Shown here: piece by piece, positions 30,054 through 40,403 of the stretch | Layout of the letters: every line of letters begins with the position of its first letter | Position numbering within the stretch: position 1 is the stretch's first letter | From: an uncultured virus (IMG/VR IMGVR_UViG_3300024308_000303) | Taxonomy: Duplodnaviria > Heunggongvirae > Uroviricota > Caudoviricetes | IMG/VR virus record: IMGVR_UViG_3300024308_000303 | Reading direction: 5' to 3' (one strand) | DNA length: 64,000 nt | Notes under the pieces: model-generated | The model's database searches: none | What the model was told of the DNA's origin: nothing | The model's input: the letters and a program-made list of their open reading frames with translations, nothing else | Position numbers and translations under genes: made by a program

Positions 30054-30287
30054 TCAAAAATCAAAACTCTGGAAATGTTGCTGGAGTTTTTGATGAATAT
30101 ACATAACGTCTCGTTGATTCCCATAAATTTCGAATCTATTTTCGAAGAAACGTACAGATTCACTGTATTTAACTGGCCAACCTTTCTCTTCAATAAGATC
30201 ATTGAGATAATTTCTAACTTGGCCAACATACAGCCAGCCAATGTAGAAAACTGTTGAAACCATTTCAGTAGACGTACCGTTAGCCAT
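30054..30287 (-). CDS. Hypothetical protein
   Basis: 77-aa ORF converging on alkB. Confidence 0.6.
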   Translation of the reverse strand: MANGTSTEMVSTVFYIGWLYVGQVRNYLNDLIEEKGWPVKYSESVRFFENRFEIYGNQRDVMYIHQKLQQHFQSFDF

Positions 30288-30573
30288 CTCTTCAAATTCC
30301 TTTATTTATGTAATAAAAAGTATAGCTCTTTTGAACTTAAAAATCAATGATATTTTATTTTAAAAAACATATAAAAAATAATCTTAGCCAATGATAACCA
30401 TATCCTATTTTTTTTCTTGTCTTCTTTTGATTGATTTGATATAATTGTTGTACAAAATTATCCATATATGACACTCCCCATTGAGAATATAGGGGTTTCC
30501 ATTTTATAAAAAATTGGTGAAATTTTATGCTAATAAAAAACATTTATAATCACTACAGTATTTTCAAAAAAAA

Positions 30574-31266
30574 ATGAATGAGTTTTTGAATTCAAGAAAA
30601 AAAATATCTGATGGTAGTATTATGTTGGTACTCAATAGCTTAGATATTGCAGAACATAAGAAAATAGTAAACTTTGAATTATTAAATGAAATTGCACAAA
30701 AAATTATTGATAAATTCAATCTTGATATTAATATGGATGATAAAAATCGTCTTTGCTCATTGTACAAAGAAATGTTAAATGTATATGACGATAATCTAAC
30801 AAGGAATGCAAATTTAAAATTACATTCAAACATGGGTGGACATAATTGTCCAGAATGGTTTAAGGATTTTATTTCAAAGTATCCACAACATTTTAGTCTC
30901 TCTAAAACATATACAGATTATAAATCAGAATTAAAAAAATTTGAAACATTATACTTCTTTTATAATGGAGATAATAATAGAATTCCAAGTATTGTTTTTG
31001 AATATGATAAACAATTAAATTTTGTATCTATGAACTATGTAGAAGAATATAGAAATTCAAATGTAATAAAAAAAATTAGCAAAAAAGAAGACATGATTAG
31101 TGATGACAAAAATGATGAATTTTTACTGCTTAAAAGATTTATTCATCTAGATGATACAGAGCTAAAAGAAATATATCCATCAATTAATGATTGTGGAGCA
31201 AACGTAATAAATGTTAAGGAATTAAAAGAATCATTATCTGTTATAGAAATGTTAAACTATAATTAA
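30574..31266 (+). CDS. Hypothetical protein with near-terminal MxxY tag
   Basis: Ends SVIEMLNYN. Confidence 0.78.
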   Translation: MNEFLNSRKKISDGSIMLVLNSLDIAEHKKIVNFELLNEIAQKIIDKFNLDINMDDKNRLCSLYKEMLNVYDDNLTRNANLKLHSNMGGHNCPEWFKDFISKYPQHFSLSKTYTDYKSELKKFETLYFFYNGDNNRIPSIVFEYDKQLNFVSMNYVEEYRNSNVIKKISKKEDMISDDKNDEFLLLKRFIHLDDTELKEIYPSINDCGANVINVKELKESLSVIEMLNYN

Positions 31267-31268
31267 AA

Positions 31269-31298
31269 TAAAGGCGAACTTGAAAATTCGCCTTTTAT
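31269..31298. terminator. Bidirectional intrinsic terminator
   Basis: TAAAGGCGAA-loop-TTCGCCTTTTA between convergent genes. Confidence 0.75.
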
Positions 31299-31315
31299 AT
31301 TTTTAAAATGAATTA

Positions 31316-31753
31316 TCATTCACCATCTACATCAACTCTAATCCAAATTTGAGTAACATCTTTTAACTTGTAAAAATCATTATTGAAATAAACAAACCAC
31401 TCATCCTTAATCTTAGAAGAAACTGGACGGGGATTGTCATACAAACAGCCAGAAAAAATGTTACCATTGTAATTAATAACAAGTGAAAGGTGGGGAGCAT
31501 CATTAGAATATGGATATTTCCTCATGAAATCATTATAACTAATTTCTACAAGTTTAAACTTTTTTTCTGTTTTTGCACGAAGTTGGTTAATAATAAATGT
31601 AGAATCTTCATCTGAAAGATGTTTTGCAATCATCTTTTTTGCCTTATTAAATTTCCTTTCATTAATAGCTTTATTAAATGCTTCTGCTTCTGGTGTAGCA
31701 AATTTATAACTTAGATCTCGAAATAGCTCTTTAAACTTTTCATCGTTACTCAT
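31316..31753 (-). CDS. Hypothetical protein
   Basis: Start refined to MSNDE, which follows GGAG. Confidence 0.75.
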   Translation of the reverse strand: MSNDEKFKELFRDLSYKFATPEAEAFNKAINERKFNKAKKMIAKHLSDEDSTFIINQLRAKTEKKFKLVEISYNDFMRKYPYSNDAPHLSLVINYNGNIFSGCLYDNPRPVSSKIKDEWFVYFNNDFYKLKDVTQIWIRVDVDGE

Positions 31754-31795
31754 ATTAAATCTCCAGTAAAAAAAGATAACCAGCATGAGAGCTGG

Positions 31796-32209
31796 TTATT
31801 TGAACAACACTTTATATAATGCTTTAAGATTGACATACAAGCGAGTATATTCATAATTGTTACCATAATACTCGTAAGTAGTAAATGAAATGCTCTTGAT
31901 TAATGGATGTACTTCATCAAAATACTCAATCATGAGCAAATCAGGTTTAATATCTCTCACAATAGCTGACAATTTTGGAGAAATATCTTCTGGTTCACTA
32001 GGAGTTACGGAATGATAATTATCAACACCATAACAATTACCACCAGTGATACCACCAGATACCCAACTGGTTTCAATAGAGAGTTTATCCCAATCAGCAG
32101 GCTTCAGTTTGTTTAGTTTTTTATTGTCAATATAATCATACTGACTATCTAAATCAATGATAACAGAGTGTTTTGCCATAACATTTTCGATGAACTCTTT
32201 GAATTCCAC
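31796..32209 (-). CDS. Hypothetical protein (YYG family)
   Basis: GTG start after AGGAG; WVSGG..GGNCY and EYYGN motifs. Confidence 0.78.
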   Translation of the reverse strand: MEFKEFIENVMAKHSVIIDLDSQYDYIDNKKLNKLKPADWDKLSIETSWVSGGITGGNCYGVDNYHSVTPSEPEDISPKLSAIVRDIKPDLLMIEYFDEVHPLIKSISFTTYEYYGNNYEYTRLYVNLKALYKVLFK

Positions 32210-32280
32210 GACAGATCTCCTAAATTATGAAAATGAATGGTAATAATATCAAAAAAAGACTAAAAAATCAATACTTAAGC

Positions 32281-32309
32281 TTGACATAAATTGTTTAATT
32301 TCTTATAAT
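32281..32309 (+). promoter_or_regulatory. Perfect-consensus sigma70 promoter
   Basis: TTGACA-17 bp-TATAAT. Confidence 0.9.
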
Positions 32310-32315
32310 TTAGTT

Positions 32316-32511
32316 CTTGGCCGAATTAGAGTTGTGTTTTTCTGGACTTTTCTAAGCAATCAATTCGGGCTGTAAAAACAAAATAAAAGTCCCTACCAAT
32401 CTGCATGGTTTTATAATCTAACCTTTTAGCGTGCAGTGTAGTATGTCCAAAAGACAAAAAATAAGGTTGATACCTTTTAAAGATTAGTCATCTGAAAGAG
32501 GTGTTGCAAAA
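32316..32511 (+). ncRNA. Candidate structured 5' leader with pseudoknots
   Basis: CCGAATT/AATTCGG with loop GGACTTTT pairing to downstream AAAAGTCC; CTGCATG/CGTGCAG with loop AACCTT pairing to AAGGTT; final hairpin covers the GAGGTG RBS. Confidence 0.55.
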
Positions 32512-33933
32512 ATGACTAAGCTATTGGATGAACCAAGATATATTCCAATGGTGGGATCACGAGAGTATTCATCGGCAATTCATCGCCCTCTCGCCTATTC
32601 AGAAGATCACACATGTGTGGTCTTTTTTTTTGACTCTCAAATTGATTATTATAATTTACATATATTTGAGCCATGCTATAATGAAAATAATAACTTTTCT
32701 AATATTAAAATGGATAAAAAAAGTAAAGAAAATATAATAGGAACATTAAATGGCCAAAATTTTAATGTGGAAATTAAATATAAAGATCATTTAAATTTTG
32801 ATAATTATTTTTTTAAAGGAAAAGAATACAACTGTTATAATCTTAGAAAGATTTCTTTAAACAGATTATTAAATACAAATAATAAATACAAAAAAAATTT
32901 AGATATCTTGAAAAATAATTTAATAAAAATAGAGAACAATGAAGTGGCTTCTCAAGAAGATTTTGCAATTATTGCAAAACAATCAAAAGACTTAAAAGAT
33001 CTATTGCTCCATATTAAAGTGTATTATGAAGAAATATCAGATGATTTGTTTAGCCTTTCAGAAAGATCAAACGAGTTTTTTAAATTAAAACTAAAAGATG
33101 AGAATTTCAATTCAAACGAAATAAAGACAATTATATCAAATGTAAGTTTTGAAAAAGAATTAGAAAATGTAGAAAAAATATTTAAAACATTAGATAAAAT
33201 GATTGTTGCAATACAAGGTGGATATGAAGAAAATATCAAAAAATTTTCAAAAGAACTATCATCTTTTGAATTGCCATATGAAATATATGAAGATAAATTT
33301 GATAAAGAAATAATCAGTATAACCAATATTTATTCCAATAACTATGAAAAAATAAGATCTAAACAAATAGAAGCAAATGAAGAATCGACTGATGCTGAGA
33401 TGTATGTTTCCATGGTCACATCAAATATTGAGAGAAATAGAGAATTAAGTGCTTATTTAGTAAAATATAACAACAAAGCTCATATTAAAAATGAAGACTT
33501 AAAGTATAAAGAAATAATGCTTTTTGCAGATGGCAGTCTTGCCGCCAAAAATGAAATAGGACAATATGAGCTACCATATTGTCATTATGACATGAATAAA
33601 ATACTAAAAGAGCCACTTATACATGAAATAAATAAAAAAATAATGAAGTATTCAACAATAAGAAGAGCTATCATTGATAAATTAGAAAAAGGTTCTTATT
33701 CTGAATTTGATTCCGCAATGAGTGTAATAGATAATCTTATCAATAATATAGCCATATTAAAAAACTCTGGATACGACATAATAGGTAATATCAGGAATAA
33801 ATCGTTTGAAAATGTTGATGATGAAATAGAAACACCAGAAATTTTAGATATTATAAAACAAATAAATACAGCAGAAGCATTGATTAGAAAAGAAAAGAAA
33901 CTTTCAAAAAATAAAAAGTCTTCAATAGAATAA
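32512..33933 (+). CDS. Large hypothetical protein, partial paralog of 62057-63868
   Basis: MLFADGS and KSFENVDDEI correspond to MFADAS and KSFEVMDDFI in 62057-63868. Confidence 0.82.
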   Translation: MTKLLDEPRYIPMVGSREYSSAIHRPLAYSEDHTCVVFFFDSQIDYYNLHIFEPCYNENNNFSNIKMDKKSKENIIGTLNGQNFNVEIKYKDHLNFDNYFFKGKEYNCYNLRKISLNRLLNTNNKYKKNLDILKNNLIKIENNEVASQEDFAIIAKQSKDLKDLLLHIKVYYEEISDDLFSLSERSNEFFKLKLKDENFNSNEIKTIISNVSFEKELENVEKIFKTLDKMIVAIQGGYEENIKKFSKELSSFELPYEIYEDKFDKEIISITNIYSNNYEKIRSKQIEANEESTDAEMYVSMVTSNIERNRELSAYLVKYNNKAHIKNEDLKYKEIMLFADGSLAAKNEIGQYELPYCHYDMNKILKEPLIHEINKKIMKYSTIRRAIIDKLEKGSYSEFDSAMSVIDNLINNIAILKNSGYDIIGNIRNKSFENVDDEIETPEILDIIKQINTAEALIRKEKKLSKNKKSSIE

Positions 33934-33939
33934 AACCAC

Positions 33940-34506
33940 TTATGTGGTTTTATTATTTTTGATAAGGTAGCAAATCATCATAATAGCATTTCGGACACGA
34001 TGTCTTTTACCACCACCAAAATATGTCCTAAAACGAAGTCCATCAAGAGCCTGAACAGATAGATAAACACCTTCTGAATCAAAAGAAAGATTCAAAGTTT
34101 CATGCAAATTTCCACCATTATCATCATGAATAATACTATATTCCTTTTCTGATATTTCAGGATAAGTGTTATTTGCAATAATACTATCAATCAGGCTTTC
34201 AGCATTATCAAGACTATCAGAAGCTTTTAAACCATTGTCTTTATCTTGCTCCATTGCAACAGCTAATATTTTAAAGAAACCTGTAAGAACTGGATATTCT
34301 TCATATGAGTAGAATAATTCTTCATAAGGGGACTTATAATCACCTTCTATGTTTAAAGACGGCATAATATGAATATCTTGATCATAAGAGATAATCATTT
34401 CAAATGGAGACAGGCAGTCAGACGGAATTGTAGGCATAACAGCATAAGATTCATTCGTTGGTAATGGAAGGTTAAACACACTGTCAAGTAAAGTCTGATA
34501 GCTCAT
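33940..34506 (-). CDS. Hypothetical protein
   Basis: AGGAG RBS; LRFRTYFGGG..RVRNA motif. Confidence 0.78.
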   Translation of the reverse strand: MSYQTLLDSVFNLPLPTNESYAVMPTIPSDCLSPFEMIISYDQDIHIMPSLNIEGDYKSPYEELFYSYEEYPVLTGFFKILAVAMEQDKDNGLKASDSLDNAESLIDSIIANNTYPEISEKEYSIIHDDNGGNLHETLNLSFDSEGVYLSVQALDGLRFRTYFGGGKRHRVRNAIMMICYLIKNNKTT

Positions 34507-34571
34507 TATGATCTCCTAAGATATGCTTAATTATATCATAGCAGAAAGAAAAAAGGAACCTTTCGGCTCCT

Positions 34572-35657
34572 TTAGTTAAACTCTGTACCACCTTTTCGTG
34601 CTAAGTAGATTGCTGAAACACTTTTCAAAGCAACACGACCTACTTCTGGATCTCTACGCTGTACAAGTGGCTCAACAATGACACCTTCACGCATATGGAG
34701 TTCTTTACCTGAGTAAGTTTCCATACCATCAGTGTACTGCAACATAATTTCTTTACTGAATGGGCCTTTGTAAAGCACAGGAACACGTTGCAAACCAAAT
34801 TCAGCTAAGGTAGACTCTAAATCAGCATCATCAAGAGCACGAATACCACCAACACTACCTTTTTTACCTACGAAAATGTTGAACACTCTGAAATCAAACT
34901 TACCGTTATCTAAACCATAACGTAAATCTTGAACATCACCAAAAGTTTCACCAGCAATGTAAACGTTAGTCTGGAAACGGTCAGATAACGTCTCAGCAAT
35001 ACGGTACAAATCGAATTTGTGAGCAATACGAATGTAAGTGTTATTAGCATTACGCTCGTTGTCACGAATCACGATACCTTTGTTAAAGTTCCCTTTACTA
35101 CTTACAAAAGAGCGACCATTGACAATATTAGCAATAGGAGCAAGACCAAACAAAGAACCAACAATGGTAAATGTACCATGAAGCTTTTCAGTCATTGAAA
35201 CCAATTCACCTTCTTGAATAACATGTGGATAACGTTTCACGTTATCAATATCAAAAGTAAATACGTTTTCAAAACCAACATTTGAAACTTCGCCAGCAAG
35301 TTTTGCTGGAATAACTGGCTCATATTTGGTAATACCAAGCTTTTCAGCCATATCATCACCAACATTCCAACCATCACGGGCTTTGTAGCAAAGACCTTGG
35401 CTTAAAATGCCACGAAGCACACTAGCTTTTACACGATCTTTTTTAGAACCTGCAAGTTTACCCAAGCAGCCAACTTCTTCTTGAATGTATTCAGGCACCA
35501 AAGCACCTTCTGGAATATAGACAGCCAAGTCACCAGTTTTCAGATAACCTTTTTTAATAATTGAGAAAAAGTCACCAACGCGAGCCAGTTCAATAGCATC
35601 AGCATTAGGATGTGGTTCCACTATAACTGGAAGAACTGTTGCGTTAAAAGTTGCCAT
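34572..35657 (-). CDS. RNA ligase, DRB0094 family
   Basis: N-terminal HPNADAIELA/GDLAVYIPE and RGILSQGL; motif I TEKLHGT; GETFG; REGVIV; LKSVS..YL. Confidence 0.9.
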   Translation of the reverse strand: MATFNATVLPVIVEPHPNADAIELARVGDFFSIIKKGYLKTGDLAVYIPEGALVPEYIQEEVGCLGKLAGSKKDRVKASVLRGILSQGLCYKARDGWNVGDDMAEKLGITKYEPVIPAKLAGEVSNVGFENVFTFDIDNVKRYPHVIQEGELVSMTEKLHGTFTIVGSLFGLAPIANIVNGRSFVSSKGNFNKGIVIRDNERNANNTYIRIAHKFDLYRIAETLSDRFQTNVYIAGETFGDVQDLRYGLDNGKFDFRVFNIFVGKKGSVGGIRALDDADLESTLAEFGLQRVPVLYKGPFSKEIMLQYTDGMETYSGKELHMREGVIVEPLVQRRDPEVGRVALKSVSAIYLARKGGTEFN

Positions 35658-35744
35658 TAGATATCACCTCATAAATATTATTAATTGCCAAATTATAGCA
35701 ATAAATTAAGAAAACGTCAACAAGAAAATAAATCTCTCAAATAA

Positions 35745-36161
35745 TTATCTTAATGTACGAATTTTTGCTATTTTTTGTTTAAATTCTTCATCAATTTCTT
35801 TCATCCGAGCATGATAACGAATATCAATTTCTTCTAATTTTTTTTTGTATTCAGCATCACGAACAGCAGCAGCAATTTTACGATTTTCAGTTTCAATTCT
35901 GCGATTTTCATGTTCAATTTCTACTTCTTTAACAGCAGCTTTAGAAGACAGATACAAAAAGAATAATGAAATTGAAGCACCAATAAGAAATGGGAACAAA
36001 TGAACAGAAAACATAGTAAAAGAAGTCATATCAAATTCAGTTTTAAATAAATCATAAAACTTAATTTTCAATAGATACAACCAAACTGGAGTAAACAATC
36101 CCCCAGATGTTAATGCACAAAGTGCAAAAGTTGATAATCTATCTGATCTTTTTTTACTCAT
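35745..36161 (-). CDS. Membrane protein (2 TM plus coiled coil)
   Basis: Start refined after GGAG. Confidence 0.72.
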   Translation of the reverse strand: MSKKRSDRLSTFALCALTSGGLFTPVWLYLLKIKFYDLFKTEFDMTSFTMFSVHLFPFLIGASISLFFLYLSSKAAVKEVEIEHENRRIETENRKIAAAVRDAEYKKKLEEIDIRYHARMKEIDEEFKQKIAKIRTLR

Positions 36162-36163
36162 AG

Positions 36164-36646
36164 TTAACTCCAAAAGACATTAAACTTATTCTTATAGGCC
36201 CCGTCCATAATTGCCAACATAGCATTTAAACCATTTGTAATACGATCCATAGAATATCCAAAAAAAATCATATTACAAGATGTTTCTCCAGAAACAATAT
36301 GTTTTTCATTGATCTTATTCAATGCAAAAAACACTTTTTTCCTAAACGATTGAATATCATTATGCTCAATGTATCCATAACCACCATCATCAATAGATTT
36401 AACTTTGATGTTATGATCGATCAGTGAAAGAAGATAATTAAAGAAATCAGATGTAAAGTTCTTCTCATACATGAAGTCACAAACAGGTTCCTTTACAACT
36501 TGATAATGTTTTTGAAGAGTTTCATCAAAAAGAGCAAAGGGATCATGTTTAAAATATTCTTCGTCCAAACCATAGACATCAGCCAGATACTCCTTCTTTT
36601 CGATTTCTGGAACATCTTTGAGTTCAACTTGAAAAGTAATAGACAT
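36164..36646 (-). CDS. Hypothetical protein
   Basis: Own TGTTATAAT promoter; start refined to MSITF. Confidence 0.75.
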   Translation of the reverse strand: MSITFQVELKDVPEIEKKEYLADVYGLDEEYFKHDPFALFDETLQKHYQVVKEPVCDFMYEKNFTSDFFNYLLSLIDHNIKVKSIDDGGYGYIEHNDIQSFRKKVFFALNKINEKHIVSGETSCNMIFFGYSMDRITNGLNAMLAIMDGAYKNKFNVFWS

Positions 36647-36710
36647 TTGACTGATTCCCATATCATTAAATAATGCGAAAATTATAACATAAGATATGGA
36701 AAAATAAAAG

Positions 36711-37154
36711 TTAAATTTTAAATAAACCTTTTTTGACTAAAGGATCTGATTTATTAAGAAAATTACAAACTTCATCATTTCTGAACACATATTGCATTGA
36801 AAGAATACCATTATGAGAAATATTAACGATGTAATCATAAGGTAATGCTACAGACGTTTTTTGCGGTTTATCAATACAAGTAACAGAATATGCTTTATTA
36901 TTTTTTCGATTACCATCATCATCTGCACGTTCTACAATAGCTACGAGATAATGACCAGAATCATCAGGAATAGCCCCAATAACGTCAAAATAAGCAGCTT
37001 GTACACCAGCAGGAATCGCGTATTCAACTGGGTCTGTTACATAATTGTAAGAAGCATATGACCCATACATTAAACAAACCGAAACAAGTAAATAAATAGA
37101 AGCCTTCATAAAATGTGCATTCAGAAATCCATTAATTTTTTTAAACATAAACAA
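36711..37154 (-). CDS. Membrane-anchored protein
   Basis: One N-terminal TM segment; AGGAG RBS. Confidence 0.72.
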   Translation of the reverse strand: MFMFKKINGFLNAHFMKASIYLLVSVCLMYGSYASYNYVTDPVEYAIPAGVQAAYFDVIGAIPDDSGHYLVAIVERADDDGNRKNNKAYSVTCIDKPQKTSVALPYDYIVNISHNGILSMQYVFRNDEVCNFLNKSDPLVKKGLFKI

Positions 37155-37159
37155 ACTCC

Positions 37160-37495
37160 TTAATTGCTATATTTACGAAAGCTGTAGGCTGAAAAATTAT
37201 CAACATCAAAGGCAGATTTGATAAAGCTTGATTTAAAGTGTTCATAAGTTGTACGAACAACATCATCAAGGAATTGATATTTAAAACGATTAACAGCAAA
37301 AATTTTAACATGATAATCAGATTCACCATCTGAGCAAAGAACAGCTTCTTTTTCAGTAATTCCACCTTTGATACTCATGTCGGAATTAACATGCTCAAGA
37401 AGAGCAGAGTCTCGTTTCACTTTGTCAAAAGAATCATAAATACTAATGCTGTTTTTATATTCAACAATAATGACTTTTGCAAAAATATTAAACAT
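37160..37495 (-). CDS. Hypothetical protein
   Basis: Start refined to MFNIF, which follows AGGAG. Confidence 0.68.
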   Translation of the reverse strand: MFNIFAKVIIVEYKNSISIYDSFDKVKRDSALLEHVNSDMSIKGGITEKEAVLCSDGESDYHVKIFAVNRFKYQFLDDVVRTTYEHFKSSFIKSAFDVDNFSAYSFRKYSN

Positions 37496-37579
37496 CCACT
37501 CTCTCCTATTAAAACTGATGCCATATAATAACAAAAAGCCAGCATAATTGCAATATGCTGGCATGTTATTAATTTAAAT

Positions 37580-38011
37580 TTAGAATCCCATACCTTTTAA
37601 TTTATTTGCAATGACATCTTCTTTGTATGATTGAAGTCTTTGAAGAATGGTTGCCATTCTATTATCAAGAGAATCAATAATCGCATCAGCCATAGCTGCA
37701 TAATGATTACGACATTCACTTTCATTATCAAAGATACTCACTGGAACAGTTGAACCAGTATTATCACAGATTGGAATAATACTACCATCAACAATAGCAC
37801 CTTTATTGTTCAACTTTTTGAAAAAGTTATAGGAACCAAAGACTCTTTTTCCTTTAGGGAGTTCACTTTCAGAAACGAGAACTACAGGAGTTGGTTGTAC
37901 ATGACGAATTGCTTTTTTATCCAAATCTGGTTGGCGATAGTCACAAATCCAAAAAATTTTACCAAGATGAGGTGAATCTTTTTTAGTAAGCTCTTTAGAA
38001 TCCAATTTCAT
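37580..38011 (-). CDS. Hypothetical protein
   Basis: WICDYRQPDLDKKAIRHV; start refined after GAGG. Confidence 0.78.
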   Translation of the reverse strand: MKLDSKELTKKDSPHLGKIFWICDYRQPDLDKKAIRHVQPTPVVLVSESELPKGKRVFGSYNFFKKLNNKGAIVDGSIIPICDNTGSTVPVSIFDNESECRNHYAAMADAIIDSLDNRMATILQRLQSYKEDVIANKLKGMGF

Positions 38012-38071
38012 TGTTAATTCCTCTGTAAATAAAAGCAATTTTATCAAAAATAATCTAACAAATCAACAATT

Positions 38072-38740
38072 TTAGATATTCATCATATCAACCAAAATAA
38101 CTAAATCATCTGTAAAAATTCTTTTAGACATATCATAACAATCATCAAGATTCATATTTACCAAATTTGGAAAATGTTCACTCATCTCTCGTAAATTAAG
38201 TTTCTTGCCACAATAATGGAATGAAGCATCAATGACAGAATCTATGGCTGTGTTATAGATAATGTAATTTATAAAAACATTATTATAGTTTAAATCTTTG
38301 TCCATTTCTTTTTTATTAACACGAGAATAAGTAAACATATGTAAATTTTTTATTTTATGTAATTTAAACATATAATCAATCTTAGATGGTGTAAATCTAT
38401 TATCTCGTCCCCAACCAATTTTATAAAACCACTCTTTAATTTTTATATTTCCTTTTTCATCATAATGTATTGTTGTTGGCAATGATTCCTTACGATAAAC
38501 AACAGTACATTCGTCGTCAGAATGAAATTCTTTAAAATTTATTTGTTTTGTATTATGCCTGTATACGAGCATAATAAAACAGGTGTCAGAAATTTTAAGA
38601 CAAAAGACAGCCGATTCCTCACCATCTGAAAGAACGAAAAAGTTTTCATTAACTAAAGAATAAGGAGAAACAACAAACACAACACATTGATCATCATGCT
38701 CAAGAGTTAACAAATCTTCAAAGGCAGTAATATTTCTCAA
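38072..38740 (-). CDS. Hypothetical protein with MxxI tag
   Basis: TTG start after GGAG; ends LVDMMNI. Confidence 0.8.
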   Translation of the reverse strand: MRNITAFEDLLTLEHDDQCVVFVVSPYSLVNENFFVLSDGEESAVFCLKISDTCFIMLVYRHNTKQINFKEFHSDDECTVVYRKESLPTTIHYDEKGNIKIKEWFYKIGWGRDNRFTPSKIDYMFKLHKIKNLHMFTYSRVNKKEMDKDLNYNNVFINYIIYNTAIDSVIDASFHYCGKKLNLREMSEHFPNLVNMNLDDCYDMSKRIFTDDLVILVDMMNI

Positions 38741-38760
38741 CTATGTAATCTCCAAAATAA

Positions 38761-39465
38761 TTAAATACAGATCATTTCAATCAAAGTGAATAATTCTTTG
38801 ATTTCTTTATTTACTAATGAAACTTTATCAAGAGATCTAAATTTAATGTGCCGACATCTTAATTCAGGGTATTGCATAAAAAGTTCATGAAGCCTTACAG
38901 AACTGTTATTAAATGTAATCAACATATCTACCAAATAATGATTTTCATCTACTGTGATTTTCTTAATAGGTAACTTGTTTCCTGTATATTGATCAAATGT
39001 AAGATTATAATGAAAAATATTATTTTCAATAGTAGATGGTGCATTCTTTTTTTCATGCAATTTTTTTAATGACCAAGAAAAATTTTTGCAATCATAACGA
39101 ATAGCATAAACTCTTGTTTTACGAATTGGTTTATAAGGTAAACTATAATTCCAATTGATAGTATCTACAAAGAATTGTCTTTCATGAACAAGGTTAGTTT
39201 TCAAATCAATAAGAAAATACAATTTCATGCCTTTTGAAAGGACATAAAACATAGAAAAATTGTACCTTGATTCATCAAAATAAACATCATACTTCATTTC
39301 AGTTACATATTGATGCATAACTTTATCACACCAATCATCAGTAGAGATTTCAGATGACATTAAAACTTCTGGATCTAATTCAAATGTGTAATCATCACCC
39401 TTGAATGATTCAATCTTCAATTCTTCAACTGATGAAATATATTTATGTTTTCTTTTTATTGGCAT
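38761..39465 (-). CDS. Hypothetical protein with MxxI tag
   Basis: Ends LIEMICI; probably related to 38072-38740. Confidence 0.8.
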   Translation of the reverse strand: MPIKRKHKYISSVEELKIESFKGDDYTFELDPEVLMSSEISTDDWCDKVMHQYVTEMKYDVYFDESRYNFSMFYVLSKGMKLYFLIDLKTNLVHERQFFVDTINWNYSLPYKPIRKTRVYAIRYDCKNFSWSLKKLHEKKNAPSTIENNIFHYNLTFDQYTGNKLPIKKITVDENHYLVDMLITFNNSSVRLHELFMQYPELRCRHIKFRSLDKVSLVNKEIKELFTLIEMICI

Positions 39466-39479
39466 GATTTAAAATCTCT

Positions 39480-39905
39480 TTATTCCAAAAGATCAATAGT
39501 AAGCGGCCCAACAACAAGCTCAGTAGCAGCACTAACAATGCTAACATCCAAAGTTTGATTGCCGCCACGAGAAGCATGGCCGGTAGACACTTCTGCAAGA
39601 GTATCACGAGATTTCAGAAGCTTTTTAAAATCGTCCACTTTATATTGGCTGTTAACATGATTCGTGAATACCAGTGTTGCAATGGCTTTTTTATAGACTT
39701 CAGTTAGAGATCCATCAACAATAAAATGACCAACATAATTAGAATGACCATTTACAGCAAAATCGTCATCAGTATCGATACTGATAACCATAACTTCTTT
39801 ACCAACATCTTGAACAGCCGCCTCAATAGCCTGAACAAATTTAGCAGCATTAGGGCCAGCAGAAGCCAATTCAGAAATAAGAGCACTTGCAGAAATAATA
39901 GTCAT
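39480..39905 (-). CDS. Hypothetical protein
   Basis: GAGG RBS; TTGACC-17 bp-TATAAT promoter at 39934-39962. Confidence 0.8.
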   Translation of the reverse strand: MTIISASALISELASAGPNAAKFVQAIEAAVQDVGKEVMVISIDTDDDFAVNGHSNYVGHFIVDGSLTEVYKKAIATLVFTNHVNSQYKVDDFKKLLKSRDTLAEVSTGHASRGGNQTLDVSIVSAATELVVGPLTIDLLE

Positions 39906-40034
39906 GGTAATAACCTCTAATTAAATTTGAGATATTATACCAAAATCTAAATAGATGGTCAATGAATATCAATCATTTCTGCCATAGTAATGGGTTCAAA
40001 AATGAAAAAGGCCAGCGTTAACTGACCTGTTGAA

Positions 40035-40385
40035 TTAAAGGTTCTTTGTTTCTAAGTCAAATTGTTTTTGAGCATAAACTCTTGATTTAATATCAGAATT
40101 AAGCACAACAAGACCACGATATTTGCGAGTTGACCCCATATAATAAGACCAAAAATAGAATGTACATTCTTGGCCAAGGCAAGTTGCTGGATAAATACCA
40201 TCTGCATAAGCCCTTGGATCTACTGACGTTGCACAAAGGTCACCGCCAGCAACTGAATCCAATCGTCCATGGAGATACCAACCCATAGCTCCTTTAAAGT
40301 ACCCTTCTGGTGCATCATCTAAAAGAGTAAAATCAAATACAGGAGCTTCTGATGGACGTTTTATCTCAAATTGATTCGACATCAA
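40035..40385 (-). CDS. Hypothetical protein
   Basis: 116-aa ORF followed by a terminator-like hairpin. Confidence 0.72.
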   Translation of the reverse strand: MMSNQFEIKRPSEAPVFDFTLLDDAPEGYFKGAMGWYLHGRLDSVAGGDLCATSVDPRAYADGIYPATCLGQECTFYFWSYYMGSTRKYRGLVVLNSDIKSRVYAQKQFDLETKNL

Positions 40386-40403
40386 ATACTCTCTAAAATA
40401 AAG

